Assembly (NCBI GenBank): GCA_963773345.1
Contig: CAVZBG010000001.1
Location: 39,306 to 103,305 of the forward strand
DNA length: 64,000 nucleotides
From: an uncultured Alphaproteobacteria bacterium
Lineage (GTDB): Bacteria; Pseudomonadota; Alphaproteobacteria; Acetobacterales; Acetobacteraceae
Direction of reading: 5' to 3'
The translations under genes were made by a program, and so were the position numbers. The notes beneath the pieces were generated by a model. The model saw only the letters and a program-made list of their open reading frames with translations, did no database searches and was not told the DNA's origin. Shown here one piece after another: positions 28,801-40,720 of the stretch. How positions within the stretch are numbered: position 1 is the first letter of the stretch; each line of letters starts with the position of its first letter.

Positions 28801-29877
28801 ATGATGCCCGCCCTCCGACCCTGGCTCGCCCGCCACCGCGACCACTTGTGGTTGGCGTTGCGCATGCTCATCTCCGCGACGGCGGCCTATGCGCTCGCCC
28901 AGGCATTCGGCCTTGCGCAAGGCTACTGGGCCGTCCTCACCACCATCATCGTCACGCAAAACAGCGTCGGCGGTTCGTTGAAGGCGGCAATCGATCGCCT
29001 GATCGGCTCGATCTGCGGCGCGCTGGTCGGCGCCGCCGCCGCCCTGCTGCTGCCGTCGCACACGCCGCTGATCCTCGGCGTTGCCCTGATCGCCGCGCTG
29101 ACGCCGCTCGCCGTGCTCACTGCCTTCTATCCGACCTACCGCATCGCCCCGATCACCGCGATCATCGTGCTCATGAGCACCGGCACGGCCTCGCTCGGCC
29201 CGCTCGCCTATGCCTTTAACCGCGTGCTCGAGATCACCCTCGGCGCGGTGGTCGGCGTGGTCGTCAGCACGCTGATCGCCCCGGCGCGCGCCTACGCGCA
29301 ACTGCGCACGGCGGCGGCGGAGACCGCGCGGCTGCTCGCCCAGGTCATGACGGCCCTGGCGCAGGCGGTCGGCGCCGAGGCCACCGCGCTCGGCACGCTG
29401 CCGACCCAAATCCAGGCGGCCCTGAACCGCCTCGCCACCGCCGCCGACGACGCCGCGCGCGAGCGCCGCTCCCGCCTGTCCGACCACCCGGACCCCGAGC
29501 CGCTGTTCCGTACCCTGCGCCGGCTGCAGCAGGACATCCTGGCGCTGCACCGCATGTTCGGCACGCAGTGGCCCGACGCCGTGCGGGCAGCGCTCGCCGC
29601 CCCGTGGGCAACCTATGCCGAGGCCGTCGCAGCGACGCTGCGCAGCCTCGCCGACGCCCTGACAGCGCGCCAGCCGCCACCCGACACCGCGCTTCCGCGG
29701 ACCCAGCTTGCCGGCTTCATCGCCGCGATCGAAACCATGCGGCGCGAAGGCGCCACCCGTGCGCTGTCCACCGATCTGGTCGGTCGCATTCTCGGCAGCG
29801 CCTTCCGGGCGGAGCAATTGCAACGCGACCTCGACGACCTGACCGAGCGCACCCACGAGGTGGCGGCGACGCGCTGA
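28801..29877 (+). CDS. FUSC (aromatic-acid exporter/fusaric-acid-resistance-like) family membrane protein
   Basis: LRMLISATAAYALAQAFGLAQGYWAVLTTIIVTQNSVGGSLKAAIDRLIGSICGALVG followed by a helical C-terminal domain. Confidence 0.7.
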   Translation: MMPALRPWLARHRDHLWLALRMLISATAAYALAQAFGLAQGYWAVLTTIIVTQNSVGGSLKAAIDRLIGSICGALVGAAAALLLPSHTPLILGVALIAALTPLAVLTAFYPTYRIAPITAIIVLMSTGTASLGPLAYAFNRVLEITLGAVVGVVVSTLIAPARAYAQLRTAAAETARLLAQVMTALAQAVGAEATALGTLPTQIQAALNRLATAADDAARERRSRLSDHPDPEPLFRTLRRLQQDILALHRMFGTQWPDAVRAALAAPWATYAEAVAATLRSLADALTARQPPPDTALPRTQLAGFIAAIETMRREGATRALSTDLVGRILGSAFRAEQLQRDLDDLTERTHEVAATR

Positions 29878-30004
29878 TCGGTCGAGGTAGCCGGTCAGGT
29901 TGAATGTCGGGTCTCGACCCAAAGCTGTCCTTTGCCGAAACCAACTAGCTCGCCGACGAACCATGTGGTCAAGTTTGGTGGAGTGATGCGCAGGAGGGAC
30001 ACAG

Positions 30005-32101
30005 ATGCTTGCACCGGGACGCAAAGGCGGAATGGTCACGCTGCTGATCGTGGCAGCATTGCTCGGCTGCGTCGCCAGCGCGGCTGAAGCTGCTGTCCAC
30101 GTCGAAGGACAGGTCCAGGCAGGCGGCGGCCCCGTCGTCGGATCGACAGTAACCCTTTGGGCGGCAAGCGCCGCTTCACCCGCGCAACTGGCACAGGTCC
30201 AGACCGGCGCCGAGGGAAGTTTCGTCGTCTCTGCCGACCAATCGCCCGACAGCGCGGTTCTCTATCTTGTCGCGACCGGCGGGGCGCCTGCTGCCAGCAA
30301 GCGGGCCGGCAACAATCCGGCCCTCACCTTCCTGGCGGTGTTGGGCGGCAATGCTCCAGCGCATGTCGTCGTCAACGAGTTCACGACGGTGGCCTCGGTC
30401 TGGACGGCCGCCCAATTCCTCGACGGCGCGATGATCAAGGGTCACGCCCTTGGCCTGCATATCGCGGCGGGCAACGTGCCCAACTTCGTCGATCTCTCAA
30501 CCGGCGGATGGGGCGAAGCCATCCAAGACCCGCTCAATGGCGGGCAGACGCCGACGATGGCCAACTTCGCCACGCTGGCGGACGTGTTGGCCGGCTGCGC
30601 GACGCGCGTCGTGGACGATGCCTGCGCCAAGCTGTTCGCGGCGGCGGCGGCGCCCAAAGGCGGCGCGCCGACCGACACGTTGACGGCGGCTGAGGCGATC
30701 GCCCGTTATCCCTGGTATCAACCCGGGCGGCTGTTCGCCTTGCTCGACGCGTTCTATCCGGTCCCGCCGGTCAAGATGGCGGGACAACCGATGCCGCCGA
30801 ACATGCGGCCGGTGCCGTTCATGCCGTACCTTATCTGGTCGCCCAGCGCCTGGGTGCTACCGTTGAAATTCGACGGCGGCGGCTATCGGGCGGGTGGCAA
30901 GGCCATGTTCGACAGCGAGGGCAACCTGTGGGTTGGCGACAACTTCACAATCGGCTGGCAGGGGCAGGATGCGCTATGGCAGGGCAACGCCACCAAGTTC
31001 GCCCCGAACGGCAAGCCGCTGTCGCCGATCACGACCGGTTTTACCGGCGGTGGGATGGAGGGGGGCACCTTCGGCGCAGCCGTCGACGCGCATGACAATG
31101 CCTGGTTCACCACTTACGGCGGCCATTCGATCGCGGTATTCGACAAGGATGGCAAACCGCTGACACCCCCCGAGGGCATCACCTTCGGCGGCCGGCTCGG
31201 TTTGATGCAGGGCATAATCGTCGCGCCCAGCGGCGATGTGTGGGCGCTTGGGGCGTCGAAGAGCCAGTTGGTCTACTTCCCGAAAGGCGATCTGACGAAG
31301 GGGCGGATCGTTTGCGAGGGCGCGAGCGAGGAACCCTGCAAGTCGTTCCTGGGACCGTTCCAACTCGCGATCGATCAGCAGGACCGGATATGGGTGGCCA
31401 ACGCCTTCGCCGAGCACGTGACGCGATTTCCGGCCGCCGATCCGAGCAAGGCCGAGACCTTCTATTCCGGAGCAAGCCCCGCCGGCCTCAACGTCGACAG
31501 CCAGGGGAATGTCTGGATCCCTACCCGGTTCGGCAATGGGCTGGATGGCAAGTTCCATCTGGCGGACATGGATGTCCGAGCGAAATTCGGGGGTGTCGTG
31601 CCTGGCATGGACTACATGACGTCAACCATGTCCACGCAACAAGGCGGGACCGACCACAGCGGCAGCGTGACGCTGCTGCGGCCGGACGGCACGCAATATC
31701 CGGGTTCGCCCTTCACCGGCGGCGGCCTTCCCGGGCCGTGGGCGGTGGTCCTGGACGGCAACGACAACGCCTGGATTTCCAACTTTGCCATGCCAAACAG
31801 CCCGATCGTGGAGCTGTGCGGGGTCCGCACCGAGACTTGTCCGCCCGGCATGAACACCGGCGACCAGATTTCTCCGCCCGGTGGCTATGTTGGAGGCGGC
31901 TTGCAGATGCAGACCGACATCGCCGTCGATCCGGCCGGCGATGTCTGGGCGATGAATAACTGGCAGGACATCGGCAGTTGTATTGGCAAGCCCCAAGAGG
32001 CGCTCTCGACCCGGTGCGGCGGCCAGGGCGTGACGATTTTCTACGGCATGGCCAAGCCGGTACGCGCGCCGCAGATTGGGCCGGCCAAACCATACGAATG
32101 A
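30005..32101 (+). CDS. Secreted hypothetical protein with probable NHL/beta-propeller repeats
   Basis: 698-aa intact ORF with a signal peptide VTLLIVAALLGCVASAAEA and repeated motifs of the type DSEGNLWVGDNF, DAHDNAWFTT, PSGDVWAL, DQQDRIWVAN, DSQGNVWIP, DGNDNAWISN, DPAGDVWAMN. Confidence 0.6.
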   Translation: MLAPGRKGGMVTLLIVAALLGCVASAAEAAVHVEGQVQAGGGPVVGSTVTLWAASAASPAQLAQVQTGAEGSFVVSADQSPDSAVLYLVATGGAPAASKRAGNNPALTFLAVLGGNAPAHVVVNEFTTVASVWTAAQFLDGAMIKGHALGLHIAAGNVPNFVDLSTGGWGEAIQDPLNGGQTPTMANFATLADVLAGCATRVVDDACAKLFAAAAAPKGGAPTDTLTAAEAIARYPWYQPGRLFALLDAFYPVPPVKMAGQPMPPNMRPVPFMPYLIWSPSAWVLPLKFDGGGYRAGGKAMFDSEGNLWVGDNFTIGWQGQDALWQGNATKFAPNGKPLSPITTGFTGGGMEGGTFGAAVDAHDNAWFTTYGGHSIAVFDKDGKPLTPPEGITFGGRLGLMQGIIVAPSGDVWALGASKSQLVYFPKGDLTKGRIVCEGASEEPCKSFLGPFQLAIDQQDRIWVANAFAEHVTRFPAADPSKAETFYSGASPAGLNVDSQGNVWIPTRFGNGLDGKFHLADMDVRAKFGGVVPGMDYMTSTMSTQQGGTDHSGSVTLLRPDGTQYPGSPFTGGGLPGPWAVVLDGNDNAWISNFAMPNSPIVELCGVRTETCPPGMNTGDQISPPGGYVGGGLQMQTDIAVDPAGDVWAMNNWQDIGSCIGKPQEALSTRCGGQGVTIFYGMAKPVRAPQIGPAKPYE

Positions 32102-32139
32102 GCGGAACGGCATAACGAAGGGTCGCCTCAGCACTTCAG

Positions 32140-32545
32140 TCCGAATGTTCTCTCCACCGATGGTGCGCGAGATGCGCGCGGTGTGCCCCGACGCGCTGGT
32201 GCTGAACTACACCATCCCGATGATCAGCCTGACCTGGTCGGTCTACAACGCGTTCCCGGCCCAGCGCGTGGTCGGGCTGTGCCACAACGTGCAGTACACC
32301 GCACTGGCGCTGGCGGAGTATCTCGGTGTGGCGCCCGAGCGCCTGGCGTACGACTGCGCCGGCATCAACCACATGAACTGGTTCCTGCGCCTGGAAGTCG
32401 ATGGCCAGGACGCCTATCCCGCGCTGCGCCGCGCCGCCGAGGGCCCAAAAATATTCGCCCGCGACCGTGTGCGTTTCGAGCTGCTGCTCCAGTTTGGCTG
32501 GTTCGTTAGCGAATCGAGCGAGCACACCGCGGAATCGACTTGCCT
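32140..32545 (+). pseudogene. Glycoside hydrolase family 4 (alpha-glucosidase/galactosidase) internal fragment
   Basis: CPDALVLNYTIPMISLTW...VVGLCHNVQYTALALAEYLGV...CAGINHMNWFLRLEVDGQDAYPAL corresponds to the middle of GH4 enzymes. The N-terminal NAD-binding part and the C-terminus are missing. Confidence 0.65.
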
Positions 32546-32738
32546 TCGTGCGACCGGCACAGCCGCGGATGCCGAGCCCGCGCCTCCGCCGTGGCATGCC
32601 TCACCTGCCGTGACGGAGGGCATCGCCAAAGGGTCGATCCTTTCCGTGCCCGATACGACATGGGCGATGTGATGCGCGCGATCGCGCGACATGGTATCGG
32701 GCGTGCCATCGGCACAACGCCGGCACGGATGATCGCAG

Positions 32739-33479
32739 TTGACGAATCGAGTCGCGACCACCTTCATTGTCGGCGTGGAACCGCCCCTGAACGAAACCTT
32801 GACGCTGCCCGGTGGGCCGACGCGCGTGCAGTGGCGGCGCAACGCGCGCGCGCGCCGCATCAGCCTGCGCATCGACCCGAGCGAGGGCATGGTCGTGGTG
32901 ACGCTGCCGCTGCGCGCGGGGCGGCGCGCCGGCATGTCGCTGCTGATGACGCATGCCGACTGGGTCAGCGACCGGCTGGCCAGGCTGCCGCAGATGATTC
33001 GTTTCGGCGACGGCGAGGCGATCCCGCTCGACGGCAAACCCTGTCGCATTCGCCATGTGCCGCAGGCGCGCGGCGGCGCATGGCTCGCCGACGGGGAACT
33101 GCACGTGACCGGTGCGCCGGAATTCCTGTCCCGGCGCGTCACCGATTTCCTGCGCGCCGAGGCGCGGCGCCGCTTCACCCCCCTGGTGGCAATCAAGGCC
33201 GAGGCGGCTTCGTTGCACGCGCGTCGCGTGACCGTGAAGGATACCAGCTCGCGCTGGGGAAGCTGTGCGCCGGACGGCACGATCGCGCTGTGCTGGCGGC
33301 TGATCATGGCGCCGGACTTCGTGCAGGACTACGTGGTGGCGCACGAGGTCGCGCATCTGCGCCACATGAACCACGGGCCGCGGTTCTGGGATCTGGTGGC
33401 GCGGCTGACGCCGCACACACGGGCGGCGATGGCCTGGTTGCGCGACGAGGGCGCACGGCTGCAACGCATTGGCGGGTAG
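32739..33479 (+). CDS. M48-family/YgjP-like metallohydrolase (DUF45)
   Basis: SRWGSC....I.L.WRL...P.FVQDYVVAHEVAHLRHMNHGPRFWDLV. Confidence 0.8.
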   Translation: MTNRVATTFIVGVEPPLNETLTLPGGPTRVQWRRNARARRISLRIDPSEGMVVVTLPLRAGRRAGMSLLMTHADWVSDRLARLPQMIRFGDGEAIPLDGKPCRIRHVPQARGGAWLADGELHVTGAPEFLSRRVTDFLRAEARRRFTPLVAIKAEAASLHARRVTVKDTSSRWGSCAPDGTIALCWRLIMAPDFVQDYVVAHEVAHLRHMNHGPRFWDLVARLTPHTRAAMAWLRDEGARLQRIGG

Positions 33480-33540
33480 CGCGCGCCGTTTGTGGCCCGC
33501 CGGCCCACGCCGGCAATGCCCCAAACCGCATAGGGTGGAA

Positions 33541-33626
33541 AAGCGCAGCGCATTCCGCCACTTTTGCCGCTCACAAATGCAACAGCCCGCCGCGACAGGG
33601 CGCAAGTGGCGGATTACGCTGCGCTT
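33541..33626. repeat. REP-type hairpin between convergent genes (probable bidirectional terminator)
   Basis: aagcgcagcgcattccgccactt (33541-33563) pairs with aagtggcggattacgctgcgctt (33604-33626). Confidence 0.7.
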
Positions 33627-33670
33627 ATCCGCCCTACATTCATCGTGCCGACAACGGCCAACAGCGCGGC

Positions 33671-34261
33671 TCAGAGCAGCTTGCCGTCGCCGGCGGGCGT
33701 GGCGTGCAGGCTCGCCACACGGGCGAGCAACGCGGGCACGCCGTCGACCACGGCGTAGGCGTCGCGCAGCGCCAGGGCGGCGAAGCCGTGTGCGATGGCG
33801 CCCTCGATCGCCCCGACCATGCCCTTCGCCGAACCGGCGATGTCGCAGATCAGGATCGGCTTCACGTGCAGGCCGAGCTGGCGCCAGGTGAGAATCTCGA
33901 TCGTCTCCTCGAGCGTGCCGATCCCGCCTGGGAACGAAACGAAAGCGTCGGCCAGCTCGAACATGCGCCGCTTGCGGGCGTGCATGGAATCCGTGATCTC
34001 CAGCCGCGTCAGCGCGCCATGCGCGACCTCGGCGGTGCGCAGGAAATCGGGCAGCACGCCGATCACCTCGCCGCCGGCGGCCAGCGCCGCGTCGGCCAGC
34101 GTGCCCATCAGGCCGATGCGGCCGCCGCCATAGACCAGGCGGATGCCGGCGCGCGCCAGGCCGGTGCCGAGCGCCTCGGCGGCCTGCCGATAGATCGGGT
34201 CGCCGCCGAAGCTGGAGCCGCAGAAGACGGCGACGGTGGGGGCGGGGGACCGGTGGGGCAT
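33671..34261 (-). CDS. LOG family protein (TIGR00730; cytokinin riboside 5'-monophosphate phosphoribohydrolase-like)
   Basis: VAVFCGSS...LVYGGG..GLMG...PGGIGTLEE. Confidence 0.85.
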   Translation of the reverse strand: MPHRSPAPTVAVFCGSSFGGDPIYRQAAEALGTGLARAGIRLVYGGGRIGLMGTLADAALAAGGEVIGVLPDFLRTAEVAHGALTRLEITDSMHARKRRMFELADAFVSFPGGIGTLEETIEILTWRQLGLHVKPILICDIAGSAKGMVGAIEGAIAHGFAALALRDAYAVVDGVPALLARVASLHATPAGDGKLL

Positions 34262-34512
34262 GGTCTCAAGCGACGACCATCACGCCGAGCGTGCCGGTGC
34301 AGCGCCGCGTCCGCGGGGGGCCGACCATCACGATTCCGCGCGTCGGGGCTTGGTGCATCGTCGGGGTGCCTCCTTGGCGCGTTGGCCGGGAAAGCAGAGG
34401 CTGGGTGTGCGCGAGTGTCAAATCGGGCCAGCGAACATCGCCTTTCCCCCTGGCCCGGAACTGCTCTAGACGCTTGCTCCACACCCCCTGCCCGACCGGA
34501 GTCGCCCTGCCG

Positions 34513-35067
34513 ATGCCTGTCATGTCCGACCGCTGGATCCGCCGCATGGCCGAGGACCACGGCATGATCGAACCCTTCGTCGAGGCGCAGAAGCGCGACG
34601 GGGTGATCAGCTACGGCCTGTCCAGCTACGGCTACGACGCGCGCATCGCCGACGAATTCAAGCTGTTCACCAACATCAATTCCGCGGTGATCGACCCGAA
34701 GGAGTTCGCGCCCTCCAGCTTCGTCGACCGCAAGTCCGACGTCTGCATCATCCCGCCGAACAGTTTCGCCCTTGGCCACACGGTCGAGTATTTCCGCATC
34801 CCGCGCGACATCCTGGTGATCTGCCTGGGCAAGTCCACCTATGCCCGCTGCGGCATCATCGTGAACGTCACGCCGCTGGAGCCGGAGTGGGAGGGCCAGG
34901 TGACGATCGAGATCAGCAACACCACGCCGCTGCCGGCGAAGATCCACGCGCACGAGGGCATCTGCCAGTTCCTGTTCCTGCAAGGCAACGAGCCGTGCGA
35001 AACGAGCTACGCCGACAAGGCCGGCAAATACATGCGCCAGCGCGGCGTCGCGCTGCCGAAGCTGTAG
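34513..35067 (+). CDS. dcd: dCTP deaminase
   Basis: [22 protein letters not shown]...SYGYDARI...[30 protein letters not shown]. Confidence 0.9.
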   Translation: MPVMSDRWIRRMAEDHGMIEPFVEAQKRDGVISYGLSSYGYDARIADEFKLFTNINSAVIDPKEFAPSSFVDRKSDVCIIPPNSFALGHTVEYFRIPRDILVICLGKSTYARCGIIVNVTPLEPEWEGQVTIEISNTTPLPAKIHAHEGICQFLFLQGNEPCETSYADKAGKYMRQRGVALPKL

Positions 35068-35082
35068 GGAAGGACCGCACAA

Positions 35083-36345
<1,263 letters not shown>

Positions 36346-36360
36346 GCCGGTGCCAACCTA

Positions 36361-36427
36361 CTACTCCCTCTCCCCTTGAGGGAGAGGGCTGGGGTGAGGG
36401 GTCCCGCAGCAAGTACTTCGCTGTGAT
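36361..36427. repeat. REP-like element, copy B
   Basis: ctccctctccccttgagggagagggctggggtgaggggtcccgcagcaagtacttcgctgtga, compare 28648-28713. Confidence 0.85.
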
Positions 36428-36601
36428 GCCAGGTCATGAAATGCCTGACCCACCCGTGTCCTGGTGCATCCATCCTCGCGGACGGCAGAGATCGCATTCG
36501 CGGACTCGCTTTGAAAACACACGGCTCGAACCCCGGAACGAAGGGCTAAACGTTCCGGCGATGGGCCCCGATGTCCGACGGACAGTATCCCCAGAACGCC
36601 A

Positions 36602-38164
36602 TCAAGCGGCGCGCAACCCTGGGACACGGGCCTGGCTCGTTGCGCCGATCACCGCCTGGGGCGGGGTGTACATTTTCACCGTATCCCGCCCGCTTGCCTT
36701 GGCTGCATACAGCGCCGTGTCGGCGTCCCCGACCAGGGCCTGCCAGCCACCGATACTGCTACCCTGTCCCGGCACGAACGTCGCCACCCCGGCGCTCAAT
36801 GTGACGATCCCGTGTCTGCTGCCCCCGTGCTGCAATGCCAAACCGCGCACAGTCAGCCGCATCGTCTCGGCGAACGCAACCGCGCGCGACGCGTCGGATC
36901 CGGGCAGGACAACGGCAAACTCCTCGCCGCCAAAGCGGCCCGCAAGGTCGCCTGCCCGACGCAGGCAGCCCTGGATCGCCCGGGCGATCGCGCACAGGCA
37001 GTCGTCTCCGGCCGGATGGCCGTAGCAATCGTTGTAGCCCTTGAACTGGTCGACATCGATCATGACGATCGACAGCGGCTGGCGCGACCGCGCCGCGCGG
37101 CGGAATTCCCGCTCGATCGTCGCGTCAAGGCAGCGCCGGTTCGCCAGGCCCGTCAGACCGTCATGCGTCGCGAGTGTGTTGAGCACCTGGTTCGCCTTCA
37201 CCGCGCGGCCACCCAGAACGACCACGACAAGCACCACGCAAGCCAGGATGATCGCGTGCCAACGCAACTCGGCGCGCCAACTGCGTTGCAGATCCCACTC
37301 GGACAGGGAGACCAGCGCCGTCAGCGGAAATTCGTTCAAGTGCTGGAACGAGCCGAATTTCCGCGCGCCGTCGACCGGGGATATATAGGCCAGGCTGCCG
37401 GCGCGCTGGAGGTGCATCTGGCGCCGCGGCTCGCTGCTGGGCGAGAATCCACCGGTGGCTCGCGGATCAGGCGGGCTGCGCGTGAGAATTGTCATGCCGT
37501 CGTCATCGGCGAGCAACGCGATGATGCCGCCCGATTTCGCCTGCATCTGGTCGAACAGGTGCTGGAAGAAATCCAGCGAGACACTGGTGACCACCACACC
37601 GGCAAAGCTCCCGTCGGCGCGGTTGATCCGACGCGTTACGGTGATGTTGTAGCTGCTGTCGATCTTGCTCTTGATTCGCGCCCCGATGAATGGCCCGCGA
37701 TCGGGATGCGTCGCGTGGTAGCGGAAATATCCCCGCTCCGCGTAGTTCAATCCCACCGGGTTCGCGACAAGCGACTTCACGATCGCATCGCCATGGCTGT
37801 CCATGATGCCCATTTCATGGATTGCCGGCAGTGCCGACGCGAGTGAGGTCATCAGGCCGTACAGTCGCGTCCGGGCTTCCGGGCCGGTGCCTTCGGCTTC
37901 GACCCTCTCCACCAGGCTGGCGACGATCGTATCGGCCGTCTTGAGGGTGGTTTCCGCCTGTTCGGCCATGGACCGCGCGGTGTTGGCGGTTACCACCTCG
38001 GCCTGTTGGATGTTGGCCTCGTGCAGCCGCTGCAGTTGGCAGACCTCCGTCCCGACCAGCGCGACGAAGACGCAGGCGATCAGGCCGAGCATCCGGCCCT
38101 GCAGGGACAGCCGCGCAGCCAGCGGCTCAATCAGCCCAAAACGCAGTGCGAACAATTGGCCCAC
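36602..38164 (-). CDS. Sensor-domain diguanylate cyclase (N-terminal TM plus Cache-like periplasmic domain, C-terminal GGDEF)
   Basis: Two TM segments flank a region of about 270 aa. C-terminal DGLTGLANRR...RFGGEEFAVVLPG. Confidence 0.85.
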   Translation of the reverse strand: MGQLFALRFGLIEPLAARLSLQGRMLGLIACVFVALVGTEVCQLQRLHEANIQQAEVVTANTARSMAEQAETTLKTADTIVASLVERVEAEGTGPEARTRLYGLMTSLASALPAIHEMGIMDSHGDAIVKSLVANPVGLNYAERGYFRYHATHPDRGPFIGARIKSKIDSSYNITVTRRINRADGSFAGVVVTSVSLDFFQHLFDQMQAKSGGIIALLADDDGMTILTRSPPDPRATGGFSPSSEPRRQMHLQRAGSLAYISPVDGARKFGSFQHLNEFPLTALVSLSEWDLQRSWRAELRWHAIILACVVLVVVVLGGRAVKANQVLNTLATHDGLTGLANRRCLDATIEREFRRAARSRQPLSIVMIDVDQFKGYNDCYGHPAGDDCLCAIARAIQGCLRRAGDLAGRFGGEEFAVVLPGSDASRAVAFAETMRLTVRGLALQHGGSRHGIVTLSAGVATFVPGQGSSIGGWQALVGDADTALYAAKASGRDTVKMYTPPQAVIGATSQARVPGLRAA

Positions 38165-38513
38165 GTGCAGTAACCTTGCTGCCGGCTGGACGCGGGGCCG
38201 CCGGGGGACGGTGAGCCGCCGAGCGGTCTACGAAACAGTCCGCGCCGCTGTCTTTTTGGTACAACGGCATCTGTTTGAGACGGACCGTAGGGCCGGAAAG
38301 GTTACCGAGGGGTTAACCGGCGAAGAATTCCCCCACTGGCGGAACCCCCCTGATCCGCGGGCGACGCATCGCGAGGTTCGATTTGCTCGCGCGGCACCGA
38401 GTGCGCTCGGCATCCCGTTGCGTGCGGACTATCGTCAGGCGGTATTCTACCGACCCGGCAGATCGGGCCGCCGACGCGGCGTGGAACCTGCACCGGGAAC
38501 TGGGGGGCCAGCC

Positions 38514-39203
38514 ATGGATTTTACCAACCGTACCGTCATCGTGACCGGCGGCACTGGCGCGCTCGGGCGCGCGGTGGTGGGCGCCCTGCTCGCCGGCGGC
38601 GCGCACTGCCGCGTCCCATACATCGTGGACGCCGAAGCGGAGACGTTCCCACACAACGATAATGTCACGCTGGTGCAGGGCTGCGATCTCTCCGAGGAGA
38701 CCGGCGTTGCCCGGCTGTATGATGGGGTGAGCGACCTCTGGGCCTCGATCCACATTGCCGGCGGCTTCGCCATGAGTGCTGTCGCCGACACCGACAAATC
38801 CGCCCTGCTGCACATGCTGAACATGAACTTCGTCAGTTGCTACCTGTGCTGTCGCGCCGCACTGGGCGGCTTCGGCGCAGCCGGGGGGCGCATCGTCAAC
38901 GTCGCCGCCCGGGCGGGGATCGAGCCGCGCCTCGGTGCCGGCATGGCGGCCTATGCCGTCAGCAAGGCCGCCGTCGCCGCCTTCACCGAGGCGCTCGCCG
39001 CCGAGGTCGCCGGACGCGGCGTCCTGGTCAACGCCGTCGCCCCCTCGATCATCGACACGCCGGCCAACCGCGCGGCGATGCCCCAGGCCGACCACGCCGC
39101 CTGGCCCAAGCCGGAAGAGATCGCCGTCGCCATCGCCTTCCTCGCTTCGCCCGCGAACCACGTCACCACCGGCGCGGTGGTGCCCGTCCCGGGGCGGACG
39201 TGA
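38514..39203 (+). CDS. SDR family oxidoreductase
   Basis: VIVTGGTGALGRAV (TGxxxGxG)...YAVSKAAV (YxxxK). Confidence 0.85.
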   Translation: MDFTNRTVIVTGGTGALGRAVVGALLAGGAHCRVPYIVDAEAETFPHNDNVTLVQGCDLSEETGVARLYDGVSDLWASIHIAGGFAMSAVADTDKSALLHMLNMNFVSCYLCCRAALGGFGAAGGRIVNVAARAGIEPRLGAGMAAYAVSKAAVAAFTEALAAEVAGRGVLVNAVAPSIIDTPANRAAMPQADHAAWPKPEEIAVAIAFLASPANHVTTGAVVPVPGRT

Positions 39204-39323
39204 CCCGGCCCATCCCGGGGCCGCCGGCCGCACGCGACGGGCGCACCTGACGCGCGCTTCTGATCCACGGCCCGGCGCGGTAGACTGCCCGCCCAACAAC
39301 CCGAACCCGGAAGGCAGACGCCC

Positions 39324-39704
39324 ATGGCCATGACCGTCAACGACATGCTCGCCGCCGCCCGCGCGGCGGTGCCCGCGATCACCCCAGCCGAGGCCGTCGA
39401 ACTGGTCCGCAGCAAGGACGCGCTGATCGTCGATGTGCGCGACGGCACCGAGGTGAAAGCCAGCGGCAAGGCAAAGGGCGCCGTCGCCGTGTCCCGCGGG
39501 CTGCTGGAGTTCCGTGCCGACCCCGCGGCGCCGACGCATGATCCGGCGTTCCGCACCGACCGCCCGATCCTGCTGTACTGCGGTTCCGGCGGCCGCGCCG
39601 CGCTTGCCGGCAAGACGCTGCGCGACCTGGGGTTCACCGACGTGCGCAATCTCGGCGGCTTCAAGGACTGGGTGGCGGCGGGCGGCGAGGTCGAGCCGGG
39701 CTGA
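39324..39704 (+). CDS. Rhodanese-like domain protein
   Basis: 126 aa with LLYCGSGGRAALA (active-site Cys loop CxxxxxR). Confidence 0.8.
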   Translation: MAMTVNDMLAAARAAVPAITPAEAVELVRSKDALIVDVRDGTEVKASGKAKGAVAVSRGLLEFRADPAAPTHDPAFRTDRPILLYCGSGGRAALAGKTLRDLGFTDVRNLGGFKDWVAAGGEVEPG

Positions 39705-39774
39705 GCCGCGCCGCTCCGGGCATGCTAAGATTGGGCACTCGCGATACAGCGAGCCTACCAGAGTCCCAGACGGC

Positions 39775-40305
39775 ATGTCCGAAGCGCCGACCTCCTATCG
39801 CCAACCTGACCTCTATTGGAAACAGTTCGTCCAGTTGAAGGCCGCCTCGATCTGTATACGGCTGTATCGGAACCGGCTTGCCCGCTGGGTGCGGGGAGTC
39901 GAGTTGATCAAGGCGGTCGGGTCATCGGGGGGCATTGCCGCCTGGGTAATCTGGAAGGATTGGCCCTTTCTGTGGTCGGGCATAATAGCCGCGTCTCAAT
40001 TCCTAGATGCCACGAAGCACGTGTTTCCGTTCGCCCGGCACCACAAGGCCGCAAGCGATCTGACCGTGGCCCTCGAACTTCTTTGCATTGACGCAGAGGT
40101 CGAATGGGAAAGCATCTACGCAGGCAGGGTTCCCGATGATGGTATCACGGAGCGCAAGGCGCGGCTGGCCAAACTGCAACTGGAAGCCGAGCACAAACAC
40201 TTTCCGGAGGGCTTCGAGCCGAGTCAGAAGCTGATTGACCTGGCAACCGAGGAAGCGGACACCTATTTTCTGGTGACTTATGGCGAGGACCAAAACCTTG
40301 ACTGA
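39775..40305 (+). CDS. Hypothetical two-transmembrane-helix protein (SLATT/DUF4231-like topology, unverified); first gene of the low-GC cassette
   Basis: 176-aa ORF. An amphipathic N-helix (YWKQFVQLKAASICIRLYRNRLARW) is followed by two hydrophobic helices (VELIKAVGSSGGIAAWVIW, PFLWSGIIAASQFLDA) and a charged helical C-terminus. G+C is visibly lower than in the flanks. Confidence 0.5.
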   Translation: MSEAPTSYRQPDLYWKQFVQLKAASICIRLYRNRLARWVRGVELIKAVGSSGGIAAWVIWKDWPFLWSGIIAASQFLDATKHVFPFARHHKAASDLTVALELLCIDAEVEWESIYAGRVPDDGITERKARLAKLQLEAEHKHFPEGFEPSQKLIDLATEEADTYFLVTYGEDQNLD

Positions 40306-40513
40306 ACGCCACCAGCCCCTTCACAAGGTCCGGCTTAACGAGGGCTTGGGCAAGAGCATCTTTCCGTTGTTCAATGTCAATGCTCCTATGCCATCTGGCA
40401 CCGCGGCCCCGCCTCAGGTGACAGTTGTCTCTCCCAGTCCCTCGGCCGCAACTATCCCAGCAAACTCTGGCACGGCGGGATCATCCCGGACGGGACCTGG
40501 CGAGAAGTCATGA
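40280..40513 (+). CDS. Small hypothetical protein (77 aa), paralog 1 with FPxFxVxAPMPxGxAxP core and a Ser/Thr/Pro tail
   Basis: Overlaps the upstream ORF by 26 nt and the downstream ORF by ATGA. The core is conserved with the next ORF despite synonymous codon differences. Confidence 0.45.
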   Translation: MARTKTLTERHQPLHKVRLNEGLGKSIFPLFNVNAPMPSGTAAPPQVTVVSPSPSAATIPANSGTAGSSRTGPGEKS

Positions 40514-40719
40514 ATACGTCGTCTTCGCCACCCGACGCCGACGGTGTCGAGACGTCAATTCATACATCTTTTCCGACCTTCAAGGTGACCGCACCCATGC
40601 CTCGCGGTATGGCGTTGCCGAAAGCGTCGGCAGAGGTTGCAAAATCGGGAACGACGACGCCTTCGACGCCAACGCAGTCACCGCCGACGCAGAAGCCTGC
40701 TCAGGGGCCAAGTGAGTAG
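40510..40719 (+). CDS. Small hypothetical protein (69 aa), paralog 2 with FPxFxVxAPMPxGxAxP core and a Ser/Thr/Pro tail
   Basis: TSFPTFKVTAPMPRGMALP compared with SIFPLFNVNAPMPSGTAAP. Its stop lies 1 nt before the next ATG. Confidence 0.45.
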   Translation: MNTSSSPPDADGVETSIHTSFPTFKVTAPMPRGMALPKASAEVAKSGTTTPSTPTQSPPTQKPAQGPSE

Positions 40720-40720
40720 A